64,000 nucleotides of DNA. It comes from Scenedesmus sp. PABB004 (Eukaryota). The stretch is taken from assembly GCA_014905635.1 (NCBI GenBank), contig JABVCE010000008.1, positions 682,001 to 746,000 of the forward strand, in the 5' to 3' direction. Within the stretch, counting starts at the first letter, position 1; each line of letters opens with the position of its first letter. Shown piece after piece: positions 33,301-45,270 of this stretch. The notes below the pieces were generated by a model, which saw only the letters and a program-made list of their open reading frames with translations, did no database searches and was not told the origin of the DNA. The translations under genes were made by a program, and so were the position numbers.

Positions 33301-35488
33301 GCGGCACAAGGTGCAGCGGCTGCGCGCCACAGTGCAGGGCGCGCCGGCCTGCCGGCCCGCCGCGCGAGCCGTGCTCGAGCGGCGCCCTGCGCCGCGCTGC
33401 GCCGCAGGCGCAGGAGCTCGAGGCACAGCTGGCGGAGCAGCGCGAGCAGCTGGCGGCGGGGGCGGCGCAGCTCAAGGTGCGCGGCGGCGAGCTCGCGCCC
33501 GGCCGCGCGCGCGCCGCTGCACCGCCCCGTGCTCACCCGTCGCTGCGCTTGGCCCAGGAGGCCAAGGCGGCCGCCGAGGCGGCGAGGCGCGGCGGGCTGC
33601 CGCTGGCGGAGCACCGGCGGCTGCTGGCGGAGGCGCGGCAGCAGGCGGCCGAGGCGGCCCTGCAGGGCGAGGCCGCGGCCATTGCGCAGGTGCCCCGGCA
33701 GGGCCGCGCGCGCTGCCGGCGCGCGGTGGGGCGGCGCCGAGTGCTCACACGGCCGCGCCGCCGGCCTGCGGCGCTGCAGGGCGCCATCGCCGACAAGCGG
33801 CACGCGGAGCAGCTGGGCGAGGCGCAGCGGCGCCTGGCGGCGGCGGAGGCGCGCGCGGCGGCAGCACAGCAGGCGCGCCACGCCGCCGAGGGCGCGGCAC
33901 GGCAGCGGGCGGCCGACGGGGCGCAGCAGCTGGCGGCGCTGCAGGCGCTGGCGGCGGGCGCGCTGGAGGCGCTGGAGCAGGCGGCGGGCGCGGCGCGGCG
34001 CGGCGCCGCGTGCGCTGACGACGTGCACGGCGCCGTGCAGCAGCTGCGATCAGCCCTGGCGGCGCAGGCGCAGCCGGCTGCGGGCGCCGCCGCTGCCGCG
34101 GCGCCAGCGGCTGCTTCGGTGCCCGGTCAGCAGCAGGAGGAGCAGGCGGAGCCTCCGCAGTCAGAGGAGCAGGCTGAGGAGCAGCAGCCCGCCAAGCCAT
34201 CCAGCAGCCGGCGGCGGGTCATGATTGCGCTGCCGCCCGAGGCAGGCGGCAGCAGCCCGCCGACCGTGCAGGCGCCGCAGAACGACCCCGGCACCGCCGC
34301 GGCCGAGCCCAAGCGCGCCGCCGCCAGCCGCGGCCGCCGCCGCACCATGGCGGCCGGCGCGGGCGTGGGCGGCGGCGGCCCGTCGCCGCCGGCTGCTGGC
34401 GAGGCTGAGCAGCCAACGCCAGCGCCAGCGCCAGCGCCAGCGCCAGCGCCAGCGCCAGCGCCTGCAGGCGAGGCCAAGCGGCGGCGGCGCACGCTGGCGC
34501 CGGCAGCGACGCAGGCGGAGCCGCCCGCCTGCCGAGGCCGGCGCAAGACGCTCGCGCCTGCCGCAGCCGCAGCCACTGACGAGGCGCCGCCCGCTGAGAC
34601 TTGCGCGGGCCTGGCGGTTGTCGTGGAGGAGGGCCAGGAGCAGGTGGGGCTGGGCTCCGACGCAGCTGGCAGCCCGGCGGCCAGCGCTGGCGAGCAGCCG
34701 GCGCAGCAGCCGGTCGAGGGCGCGGTTGCAGGGCAGGCGCGGTCGCGCAAGCGGGGCCGGGGGCGCACGTGCAGGAGGCGGTCGCCGAGCCCGGCGGGGG
34801 CGCGGTGGTGCAGCAGGGCGAGCAGCCACCCTCGCCGGTAGGCAGCAGCGAGGCGCGGCGCGGCAAGCACAAGAGGCAGCGACACGCCGGCGCCAGCCCG
34901 CCGGGCGAGCAGCAGGCGCCGGAGCAGCCGGCGGCGCCGGAGCAGCCGGCGGCGCCGGAGGAGCCGGCGGCGCCGGAGCAGCCAGCGGCTGACGCGGCCG
35001 CCCCGCTTGAGGCCGCATTCGTGGTGGGCGGCGGCGCCAAGGCCAGGAGCAGAGCCGGCAAGGGCAAGCGCGCCGCGCGGGGCGCTGCAGCGGCAGCCGA
35101 GGCGCCGAGGGCGGCAGCTGGCGAGGACGCGGCGGCGCCGACCGACGAGAACGCGGCGCCGCAGCCGGCGCCGCCGGCCGGCGGGCGGCGCAAGCTTGGC
35201 AAGGCCGCGCAGCTAGAGGGGCTGCCGGAGGAGGGGGCGGTGGCGGCGGAGGGAGAGGAGGAGGAGGCCTGGCAGCCGGCGGAGCGCGCGCTCAAGGACG
35301 TCACGCAGCAGACGCTGAGCCTGGCGGCGGGGCGCCGCGCGACCATCGCGTCGACCGCCACGGCCGGCCTGACGGCGGCGCGGGGGCGGCCGCGCGCGGG
35401 CGGCAGCGCGAGCAAGGCGGCGGCCGGCGGCGGCGCCGGCGCGCGCAGCACCTCGCCCGTCTCGCGGCGCACGCGGCGGCACTGCTGA
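30349..35488 (+). CDS. Kinesin-6-like (KIF20/MKLP) motor protein with coiled coil and low-complexity tail; apparent frameshift near 34760
   Basis: Contains LQVFVRMKP, YKFSRVF, P-loop AYGVTSAGKTFTM, IYNEAIHDLL, switch I NERSSRSH, switch II HFVDLAGCER, INSSLMTLARCLEVLRFNQ, IPYRESKITHLF and MLVNVSP. Confidence 0.88.
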
Positions 35489-35637
35489 ACTGCGGGGGAG
35501 GATGGGGAGGGAGGGGGCAGGGGTGCGTTGGGCGGCGATCGTTGCTGCCGGCCGCGACTGGCGCTGCCGGCGGGCGTTGGCAGCTGGTCTGAGCACTCGG
35601 TTTGCGTGAACAGCGTTACTCAAAGCCGTGCGCCGCA

Positions 35638-38600
35638 TCACCCCCAGCTGCTGCGCCGCCGGTTGCCGCCGCCGCCCACGGGCACGGCCGCCGCGCCCGG
35701 CGGCGGGAGCCCATGCAGGTCCGCCAGCTCTGGCGGCGCCTCGTCGCCACGCCCCTGCTGCATGGCGCCGGCACAGAACCCCGCTGCGAAGTCAAAACTG
35801 CGGCTCAGGCCGTCCGGGCCCTCGGCACCCCCGCCAGCCACGGGGCTGGCGCCGGCGTGCAGCAGGCCCGCGTCAACGCTGCGCCGCTGCATGCCGTCAC
35901 CCTGCAGCTGCTGCCGCCGCGCAGCCGAGCCGCTGTGGCCGGCCTCCGCAAACGTGACCTGCTTCCCGAACGAGCCGCCGCTGCGCAGCCGGGACGGCCG
36001 GCCGCCGGCCATGGCGGCGGCAGCCGCAGCCGCCGCGCCGGCGGCCGCCGCGCCGCCGCCGATGGGCGCAAAGCCGGGCGGCGCAGCGCCCGCGCGCTGG
36101 CGCAGCCCCAGCGCGCTCGCAAACAGCTGCGCCGGCAGCGCCGCGCCGCCGGCGCCGCCGGGCGCGGCCAGCGCGCTGGTGACCTCCGCCTCCTCCTCCT
36201 CCAGCTCCAGCTCCTCCAGCTCCTCCTCGCTGCCGGCGCCCGGCGCGCGGCGGGCGGCGAGCCGCCCCGGCGCGGCGATGATGGCGGCGAGGAGCTCGGG
36301 GTGCGCCGCGTACGCGCCGGCGAGCGCCGAGGCGGCGTCGGCGTCGAGGCCGCTCGCCGCCGAGTCGGCGGGGCCGAGCAGCTCGCTGCCGACGCTGATG
36401 AGCCCGCTGTCGCTGCGCTCACGCAGGCGGCGGCGCAGGCGCGCAACGCGCGCCTCCTGGCCCATGCGCGCCGCGACGGCGCTCGCGACGCGGCCGGCGG
36501 GGCTGTCCGCGGCGGCGCGCAGCCCGCCGCGGAGCTGCTGGCGCAGCTGCAGCATCAGCGACAGCCGGTGCTTGTTGACCGTCGCGCCGAGCGTGACGAG
36601 CGTGCGCAGCACCGCCTGCAGCGCGCGCACGATGCGCAGCGTCGACACGCGCATCAGCTCCAGCGCCTCCAGCGGGCTCCACCACCAGCCCAGCAGCGAC
36701 CAGGTCGCGCCGCCGGCGGCGCCCGCGCCCTGCGCGACGACCGGCGCCGCCGCGCGCGCGACCTGCCCCGTCGCGCGCGCCGCCGTCCAGCCCGCGCGCA
36801 GCGTGGCGCCCGCGGGCAGCAGCGCCTGCAGCGGCACCAGCGCCAGCTCCAGCAACGCCAGCGCGCCGCCGCCGAGCGCCTGCAGCAGCTGCAGCGGCCC
36901 GCTCCACAGCAGCAGCGACACCAGCTGGCCGACCAGCTGCAGCAGCAGCCACGCGAGCCGCCCCAGCGGGCCCAGCACCAGGCGCGCCGCCGCCGCGAGC
37001 GGGCGCAGCAGCGCCGCGGCCGCGCCACCGACGGCGCGCGCCGCGGCCGCGAGCGGCGCGAGCGCGGCGGCGAGCGGCCTCAGGATCGGGCCGAGGCTCG
37101 CATGCGTGAGCAGCTTGACGACCTGCACGAGCAGCTGGCTCTTGCCGAGCATGTAGGTCAGCAGGATGGAGAGCCGGATCTGGGTGTGGCCCTCGAGCCA
37201 CTCAAACACCGCCGCGGCGGGGCGGAACATCGCGACCATGACGGTCTTGAAGTAGGGGACGTTTTTGTACAGGTCGTAGAAGCTGGGCAGGCACCACGTG
37301 TCGGCATGTGTGTGACGGGGCGCGGCGCGGCGCGGCAGGGGAGGCGGCGGGGCGCGTGGGCACGTGGGGCGGCGGGAGGCAGTGGGACGGGTGTGAGGTG
37401 GGGGGTGCGGTGGAGCGGCAGGGGGACGAGCGCGGGCGGGGCGCGGGCAGGGCGCGGGCGGGCGCCGCACCCCATGGCCATCGACACGACGCTGAGCAGC
37501 ACGAAGAGCAGCCACGTCATGCGGCGCAGCCAGGGGCGGTACCATCTGCGTGTGCACAGACGTGGCGGCCGGCGCGGGCGGCAGTCGGTGCGGGCGGCAG
37601 TCGGCGGCGGCCGGGGCGGGGCGGCGGGCGCGCGCTGTGCGCTGTGCGGCGCGCGGCACGCGGCGCGTTGGCTCACAGTCCGTAGCTGGGCATGAAGACG
37701 GCCCAGCCGGGCAGGCCGCTCTCATACAGCTTCAGCAGCCGCACATTGCTCTGCGCGGCGGCGGCGCGCGTGGGCGGGCGCGTGGGCGCGCGCGAGCACA
37801 CGCACAGCGCGGCGGCGGCGGGCGCGGCGCCCCCGGGGCGCACGTTGACAAACTTCTTGAGCTGGTGCGGCAGCGTGGGGTCCTTGAAAGTCACCACGAC
37901 GGTGCGGCAGCTGTAGCGCCCCGCCGGCGGCGCCGCGGCGCCCGCGGCGTCACCGCCGTCCGCGGCGCCGTCCGCGGCGCCGCGGGGCGGCCCGAGCGCC
38001 AGCTCGCTCGCCGGGGCGGCGCTGGCGCCACAGGGCGCCGGCGCCGCCTCCGCGCCCTCGCCCGCGGCCGTCGCCGTCGCGGGCGCGCAGCTGGGCTCCT
38101 CTGCCGATGCCGGCTGCGCCTGCTGCTCCGGCTGCGCCTGCTGCTCCGGCTGCGCCTGCACGCCACTGCTCTTGCCGCCGCCGCCGGCCTTGCTGCCCGC
38201 CTGGCGCGCCGCGTCGGCGCAGCGTGCCGCCAGGCCGCCCACCGCAGCCGCGGCGCGGCCAGCGATGGACTTGGCAGTGCCGCGGCGGCCTCTGCCGCCC
38301 AGGTGATCCGTCTGCACCGCCGGCTGCTGCAGCGCCTGCTGCTGCAGCGCCTGCTGCTGCAGCGCCTGCTGCTGCTGCTGCTGCTGCTGCACGCCCCGCT
38401 GCGCGGCCGCTGCGGGCAGCCCGGGCACGCCCGCGTCCGCCGCGGCCTGCTGCAGCAGCTGCTCCAGGCTACACGCGCTGCGCGACTTGGCGATGCCCCG
38501 CCGCCCGCCGCCGCTGCTCGTGCGCAGCAGCCCGCGCGCGTGGCGGCCCTCCAGCAGCTGCTGGCTGCTGTGGAAGCGCTGCTGCAGCACGTGCAGCGGC

Positions 38601-39218
38601 TGCAGCAGCGGCTGGTTGCAGAGCGGGCACGCGCGATCGGCCGCCGCCGCCGACTGCCGCAGCCGGCTGCCGCTGCGCCCGCTGCTGACGCTGCCGCCGC
38701 TGCCGCCGCGGCGCGCCGCCAGCTGCTGCAGCAGCAGCGCCTGCAGCGGCGCCGCGGCGCCCTGCAGCAGCTCGAGCTGCTGCGCGCGCTCCTCCGCGCC
38801 CTCCGCGCCGCCCACGCGCGGGCTGCAGGGCATTGAGCACGGCGCGGTGGCGCAGCCGAGCGGGCCGCGCTCCGGCAGGCGCTCCGGCTGCGCCCAGAAG
38901 CCAAAGCTGTCCTCCCGCGCGTCCGGCTCCGCTCCGCCGGCGCCGCCACCCTCGAGCGCCAGCGGCTGCGGACGCCGGCGCACGGGGCTGCCCGCGGGCG
39001 CGACGTTGCTGCCCGCGGAGGACAGGCAGGCGCCCGGCGACGCGCCGGCGCGCGGCGCGGGGCTGCCCGGCGTCCGCGGGCGCGCCGGCTCCGGCAAGGG
39101 CGCGGCGCCCTCGCCCGGCATCGCCTCCAGGCAGGCCACCGCGACGCCCGCGCTCAGCGTGGGCTCCTTGACCAGTGCGGCGCCGCCGTGCTGCTGCTGC
39201 GCGCAGCCCCCGCACAGC

Positions 39219-39300
<82 letters not shown>

Positions 39301-40512
39301 CCGGCCGGCCCTGCGCAAGGTGCTCAAACGAGCTCCTGCCGGACGTCCAGGAGGCCCAGGAGGCCCAGGACGACACGCGGCTCATGCCGCCCAGCTGCTG
39401 CTGCTGCGCGTCTGGCGGCGCCTCGCCCGCGGCCGCCGCGTGCTGCCGCTGCAGCACCAGCTGCCGCGGGCTGGGCGCGCCGCGCGCGCCGCCGCCGACG
39501 GCGGAGGCGGCGCCCTGCAGGCTGCCGTCGTGGGGGCTGCCTGGCGGCAGCGCCTGCTTCTCCGGCGCCTCCTCTCGCCAGCCCCGCGGCGACGCGCCCT
39601 CCAGCTCCTGCTGGCAGCGCGGCGAGGCCGCGGCCTCACGCGACGCCTGCCCGCCCGCGCCGCTGGGCGCCGCCGGCTGCAGCAGCGCGCGCGGGCGCCG
39701 CAGCGCGCGCGGGTGCTGGGCCTGGTAGTGAAGGCAGACCTCCTCCACCTGCGGCGCGCGGCGCGGCGGGGCCAAGCGGCGCGTGGGCACGGGGCGGGCC
39801 GGCCGGCCAGCCGCCACGGCGCCGCGGCTGCCGGCATGCGGGCGCGCGCGTGGTGGCACGCACGCTGGCGAAGAGGCGCTTCGTGACGGTCGCCGCCTCG
39901 AGCACGAGCCGCGCGTCCTCGGTCAGCGGCCAGTTGAAGTCCAGGCCGACGACGTCGGCCCAGGCCAGCTCAAACGTGAGCACGGCGGCGCCGAGCGCGC
40001 CGGGCGGGCGGTGGTCCTCAAACGGGTTGCGCGCGCGCAGCCACGCCGACGTGCGCGCGCGCGCGGCCGACAGCAGCCCGCCGGCCGACGCGAGGAGCGG
40101 CGCCGTGCCCGCGCCGCTCCCGCCGCTGCCGCCGCTGCCGCCGATGCCGCGGGGCGCCTGCGCGCGCGGGCGCGGGCGCGGCAGCGGGTTTGCATGCGCC
40201 CCCGGCCCGCCGGCCCGCCGGCGCGGCAGCTGCCGATGCCGAACGCACCCGCGTGTCGCCGGCGTCGCGCGTGAGCAGGACCACGAACATGCGCTGGTCG
40301 GGCAGCAGCAGCAGGTAGCTGCGCGTCCGGTCGGGCGTGCCCCATATGCTGCGCACGCGCGCGGGGCGGCGCCGGCGCCGGCGTCAGCAGCGCGCTCTGC
40401 TGTCCGCGGCCCGCGCCGTGTCGCCGCCGCGTCGGGGCGCCGCGCCGCCGCACCCGATGCTGCAGGTGACCAGCGGGTAGAGCCGCTTGTCGGAGGTCCC
40501 GCTGCCCGGCAT
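35638..40512 (-). CDS. Conserved hypothetical membrane protein, multi-exon, with large Q/A-rich low-complexity insertion
   Basis: Spliced exons give MPGSGTSDKRLYPLVTCSIG/IWGTPDRTRSYLLLLPDQRMFVVLLTR...WADVVGLDFNWP...VVVTFKDPTLPHQLKKF/SNVRLLKLYESGLPGWAVFMPSYG/WYRPWLRRMTWLLFVLLSVVSMAMG/FYDLYKNVPYF... followed by a long Leu/Ala hydrophobic region. The start is inferred. Confidence 0.7.
39221..39299. repeat. (CTG)n/(CAG)n repeat encoding polyQ on the minus strand
   Basis: Perfect trinucleotide run of about 26 units within the coding exon. Confidence 0.95.
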
Positions 40513-41001
40513 CCGGCCCCGCCGCGGCCGCACGGCCGCGGCGGGCGGGTGCGGGCGACGGGCGACGCCGCCGCGGCGCGGTCGCCGCTGCGCGCCCGAG
40601 CGTCGATCGGACGGGGCTGCCCCCGATCACGGCGCCACGGGCAAGCGCGCCCGGGGGTTGCGGAGGGCTGGCTGGCGCGCGGCGGGCGCGGCCGGGGCTC
40701 GCGAGCAGAAGCAGGTGACGCGCGGCAGGCCGGGCCGTCCGTGCTGACCTGCTGTGCCCGCAGCGCGCCGCTCGACGTGTCGACGACTGGCCGCCGCGCG
40801 GCCTGGCTCGAGCGACCGGCGGCGAACGGGCGCCCCGTAACATCGTGGGCGCCCGCTGCGCTCCCTGCTCGCATGGCCCGCGCTTGCTGTCCACGCCGCA
40901 GTCCCTCGCGGTGCGCACGCCCACAAGTGCAGGTCCCGCCAAGCTTGCTCGCGCGCCCCCACGCCGCGACGCCCGCTGCAGCGCGCGCGCATTGGGCCGC
41001 C

Positions 41002-41438
41002 ATGAGCGCGCCGTGCCTGAGCCAACGCGCCGGCGTGCCGCGCCTGGCGGGCGCCCCAGGTGCGCGCGGCGTGGGTGGATTGATGGCGCGCCTGCCGCCG
41101 GCACCGCGAATCCCCGCCCCCATGCGCCGCGACACCGCCCCGGGGCGGTCGGGCGCGGCGCCAATTGGGCCCAGCCCGCGCGGCAGGCCGCCGATCTGCG
41201 CCGCCGCCGCGCGCCGCGCCGCGCGCCGCCCGCCGCTGCTGCCGCGCCCGCAGGCCGCGCCGGCCGCCGCGCGGCGCTGCGCTGCGCGGCCGCGCCCGCG
41301 CCCGTGGCGGCGCCGGTGGCTGAGGACGCGTGGTTGGCGAAGAACGTGGTGCCGCTGCTGGAGGGCGCGAGGTGCGCGCAGCGGCCACACGCGGGGGCGG
41401 CCCCGCGGCGCGCGGCCGGCCGGCGCCCTACACCCACT

Positions 41439-41483
<45 letters not shown>

Positions 41484-43156
41484 CGCACGTGCGCGCGCTC
41501 GCAGCGCGCCGGGGCCGCTGGCCGGCCTGCGCGGCGCGTGCGCGCCCGCGCTGGCGGGGCTGCGCATGCCGAGCACGCGGAGCGAGGAGTATCGGTACAC
41601 CGACATCTCCCCGCTGCTCGCGGCGGGCCTGGCGGCCGCGCCCGCCGACGCGCCGGTCGACGCGGCGCTGCTCGAGGCGCTCGCGCTGCCCGAGGCGGCG
41701 GGCAGCACGGCGGTGCTCGTCAACGGCGCGCTGCGCCCCGAGCTGAGCGACCTGTCGGCGCTGCCGGCGGGCGCGTATGTCGGCGGCGCGGCGGGCGCGC
41801 CCGCGGAGGCGCTGGCGCTCCTGGTGCGCCGCGTGGCGCTCGGCCGGGGGCGCGTGCGCGCGTGGCGGCCGCAGCGCGCCGGCTCGCCGGGCCGGCCGCT
41901 GCCGGCGCCAGCCCCGCCCACCAACACTGCCGCCGCCGCCGCCGCCGCCGCAGGGCGCGCAGTCGGGCGCGCGCGGCGGTCCCTTTGCGGTCATCAACGG
42001 CGTGCTCGCGCGCGACGCGCTGGTGCTGTCGCTGCCGGCCGGCGCCGCGCTGGCGCAGCCGCTGCACGTGCTGCACGTCTCGACCGCCGCGCCCGTCGGC
42101 GGCAACGGCGGCGGCCCGACGCTCGCCGCGAGCGCGCCGCGCCTGCTGGTCAGCCTCGGCGCGGGCGCGAGCGCCGAGCTGGTGGAGGAGCACGTCAGCG
42201 CGGGGAGCTCCGGCGCGCACGCGGCGGTGTGCGTCGCCGAGGTCGCGCTGGGCGAGGGCGCGGCGCTGCGGCACGGCTACGCCGCCCGCGACGCGGCGGG
42301 CGGCTGCCACTTCAAGTCCACGCTCGTCACGCAGGCGCGCGCGCCCGCCCCGCGCGGCGCGGCGCGTGCTGCAGCCGCGCCTGTGCGCCAGCACGCCGCG
42401 CGCCCGTGCGACGGCCGCCGCCGCCGCCGCCGCCGCACCGCCCCCACAACCTCCCCGCAGGCGGAGGGCAGCAGCTACAGCCTCGTCGAGGCGCGCATCG
42501 GCGGCAGCCTCTCGCGGCACGACCTCTCGATCGCGCAGTCGGGCCCCGACACGGTCACGTCGCTGCGCCACTTCCTGCTCGCGGGCGCGGGGCAGCTGCA
42601 GGACCTGCACAGCAAGCTGGTGCTGGACCACCCGCGCGGCCAGGCGGAGCAGCTGCACAAGTGCATCGCGAGCGCGGCGAGCGGGCGCGGCGTGTTTGAC
42701 GGCAACGTCAAGGTGCGCGGCAGTCAGCAGCGAGCCCGGCGGCGGCGGCCCGCCACACACAGCGCGCGGCGCGGCCGGGGCGGGAGCCCCACGGGCCCCG
42801 CCGCGCCCGCGCCGCGCGCCGGCGCGCCGCAGGTCAACCGGCTCGCGCAGAAGACGGACGCGGGGCAGCTGAGCCGCAACCTGCTGCTCGTGCCCAAGGC
42901 GACGGTCAACGTGAAGCCCAACCTGCAGATCATCGCCGACGACGTCAAGTGCACGCACGGCTGCACGGTGAGCGACCTGAGCGCGGAGGAGCTGTTTTAC
43001 TTCCGCGCGCGCGGCGTGAGCTACGACCAGGCGCGCACCGCGCTCGTGTACTCGTTCGGCGCGGAGGTGGTGCAGGAGCTGCGCCACGAGCGCCTCGTCG
43101 CGCGCATCCAGGCCGATGTGCAGGCCAGCCTCGCCGCGGCGGTGGCGGAGATGTGA
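41002..43156 (+). CDS. sufD: Plastid Fe-S cluster assembly protein SufD, multi-exon
   Basis: Contains MPSTRSEEYRYTD, QLQDLHSKLVLDHPRG, QLHKCI, GRGVFDGNVK/VNRLAQKTDAGQLSRNLLL and VKPNLQIIADDVKCTHGCTVSDLSAEELFYFRARG. Confidence 0.95.
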
Positions 43157-43375
43157 GCGGCGGCGGCGGCGCAGGATGGCGGCGGCGGCGCAGTGAAACG
43201 CTGCTGCTGAGCCCCGATGCGAGTGAGCGAGCCGCCGCCAGCTTCGCCGCCGGCCAGACCACGCATCGGCAGCCCCACCACGACGCTAAGGCGGCGATCC
43301 CCTCCGACAACAGCGCGCACGCGGACGCGGCCGCGCCGGAGCACCGCCCGCCGACGCCGCCGGGCGCCGGCAGCC

Positions 43376-44801
43376 ATGTCTCCGCCGCTGCACCACTCGC
43401 TGGTGCGGTACGACAACCCCTCGCTGGTGTCTGCGCCGGCGAAGGGCGCCAAAGACAAGGGGGGCAAGAAGGTGCGGGCGCGGCGGAGATGGATGCCGGC
43501 GGTCAACCCGCCCGAGCCCCGCCCAGGCGCCAGCTCGCGAGCCCTCCGCCCGCCCACGAGCCCCAGGGACCGCTTCCGCCTCTGGAGCAGAAGGGAGCGG
43601 TGACGCAGACCGAGGACATCCTCAACTCCATCCTGCCGCCGCGGTGCGCCGCTGCTGCTCCTGCACCGCGCGGCGCCACGCCGCCGCGCGGCGCCGCGAC
43701 CCCGCGGCAGCCGACTCCCTGGCTGTACGTCTGCGCCCAGCATCCCACTCTGCAGCCGCGCCGCGCCGCCGCCGCCGCAGGGAGTGGACCGAGGACGGCC
43801 AGCTGTGGGTTCAGTATGTGTCGAGCACGCCCGCGACTCGGCTGGACGTCATCAGCCTCCAGGAGCGGCTGGACCAGCAGCTGCAGCAGCGACAGGTGGG
43901 CGCAGCCGCGGCAGCGGCGGCGATGCGGCCTGCGTGCAGGCGTGCGCAGGCTCGGTTGCCGCGGCGGCGCTGGCGCGGGCGCCGCCGACGGTCTGCCGCT
44001 GGCGCCCACGACGCTGGCGCCGCCGCCGCGGTCTGCCGGCCGCCGCCAGGCGCGTGAGACGGGGATCTGCCCTGTGCGCGAGGGGCTGTACGCGCAGTGC
44101 CTTGACGAGCTCATCCGCCAGGTCACCGTCAACTGCGCGGAGCGCGGGCTGCTGCTGCTCCGCGTGCGCGACGAGATGCGCATGACCATCGCGGCCTACC
44201 AGGCGCGGCGGCGACGCCCTGCAAACAAGCAAGCGCGCGCCCCTGCGCCCGTCCTGCAAGCGCGCGCGCCCGGGCTGCGCCGCGCCTGACTGCCGCCGCG
44301 CCCCGCGCGCGCGCGCCGCACGCGCAGACGCTGTACGAGAGCAGCATCGCGTTTGGCATGCGCAAGGCACTGTTGACGGAGGCGGGCAAGGGCGAGCTGG
44401 AGGCGCAGGTCGTGCAGATGGAGGGCAGCATCAAGGACCTGGAGCGCCAGGCGCGCCGCGCCGCGCCGCGCGGCCGCCGCGCCCGAGCTCGCGCTGGGTG
44501 GGGGGACGCGCCCTGTGCCACCGGCCGCGCGGCGGCAGAGCTCGGCGGCCCCGCTCGCCACGCCGTCTCTCACGCGCCGCCTTGGCCGCAGGTGGCCGAG
44601 TGGAAGCTCAAGTGCGAGGCGATTGAGAAGCGCGAGGCGGAGCGCCGCGAGTCGGAGGCCAAGAAGCACAAGGAGGAGGTGGCCTACCTGGAGAGCTACG
44701 CCAAGCAGCTCAAGGGCCAGATCGAGGCGTTCGTCACGCCGCCCAAGAAGGGCGCAGCCGCGTCGGCGGGCGGTGGCCAGGCGGTCCTGAGCGCGGCGTG
44801 A
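43376..44801 (+). CDS. DNALI1: Axonemal inner-arm dynein light chain p28, multi-exon
   Basis: Contains SLVRYDNP, TEDILNSILPPR/EWTEDGQLWVQYVSSTPATRLDVI, ARETGICPVRE, DELIRQVT..CAERGLLLLRVRDEMRMTIAAYQ/TLYESSIAFGMRKAL, matching the p28/IDA4 family. Confidence 0.96.
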
Positions 44802-45270
44802 GCGGGCAGGCGGGGCGCGAGCGCTTGGGCGGGGGTGAGCAGGCGCCGCGGCGCCGGCTGGCGCGAGGTGGCACGCGCGCGCGGGCCGGCGCGGTGCATC
44901 ACGCTGAACGCGCGCCGTCTCGAGCCTTGCACGGGGGCACGGGCGCGTCTCTGGCTCGCGCCGCCCGTCGTGTGCTGCGGACAGACGCACAGCGTGCACC
45001 CCTGGCAGTCCCCTGGCAGGCTCCCCGGTCCGCTCTGGAGCTCCTGGACCTGCGACCGCCGTGACCGCGACTCAAAGCTCTGCTGGGCCGCCGCCGCAGC
45101 TTGCGCTAGGCCGCCCTCCTCAGCCGCCGGCAGTCCCACGCCCACTGTCGCTCTCTCACGCACCCTCCAGCCAGCCCCCGCGACCCGGCGCGGCCTGGGC
45201 GCCCGAGCACGCGAGCTCGCCTGCGCCGGGGCGGAAATCAAGGCATCAGAGGCTACGGGGGTGAGTTACC

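Noticed and set aside
39175..42699. Very long ORFs in the track (e.g. 1174 aa at 39175-42699, 946 aa at 50328-53168, 914 aa at 16283-19027)
   Set aside because: These are Arg/Ala/Pro-rich read-throughs caused by stop-codon scarcity at extreme GC content. Only short internal stretches correspond to real exons.
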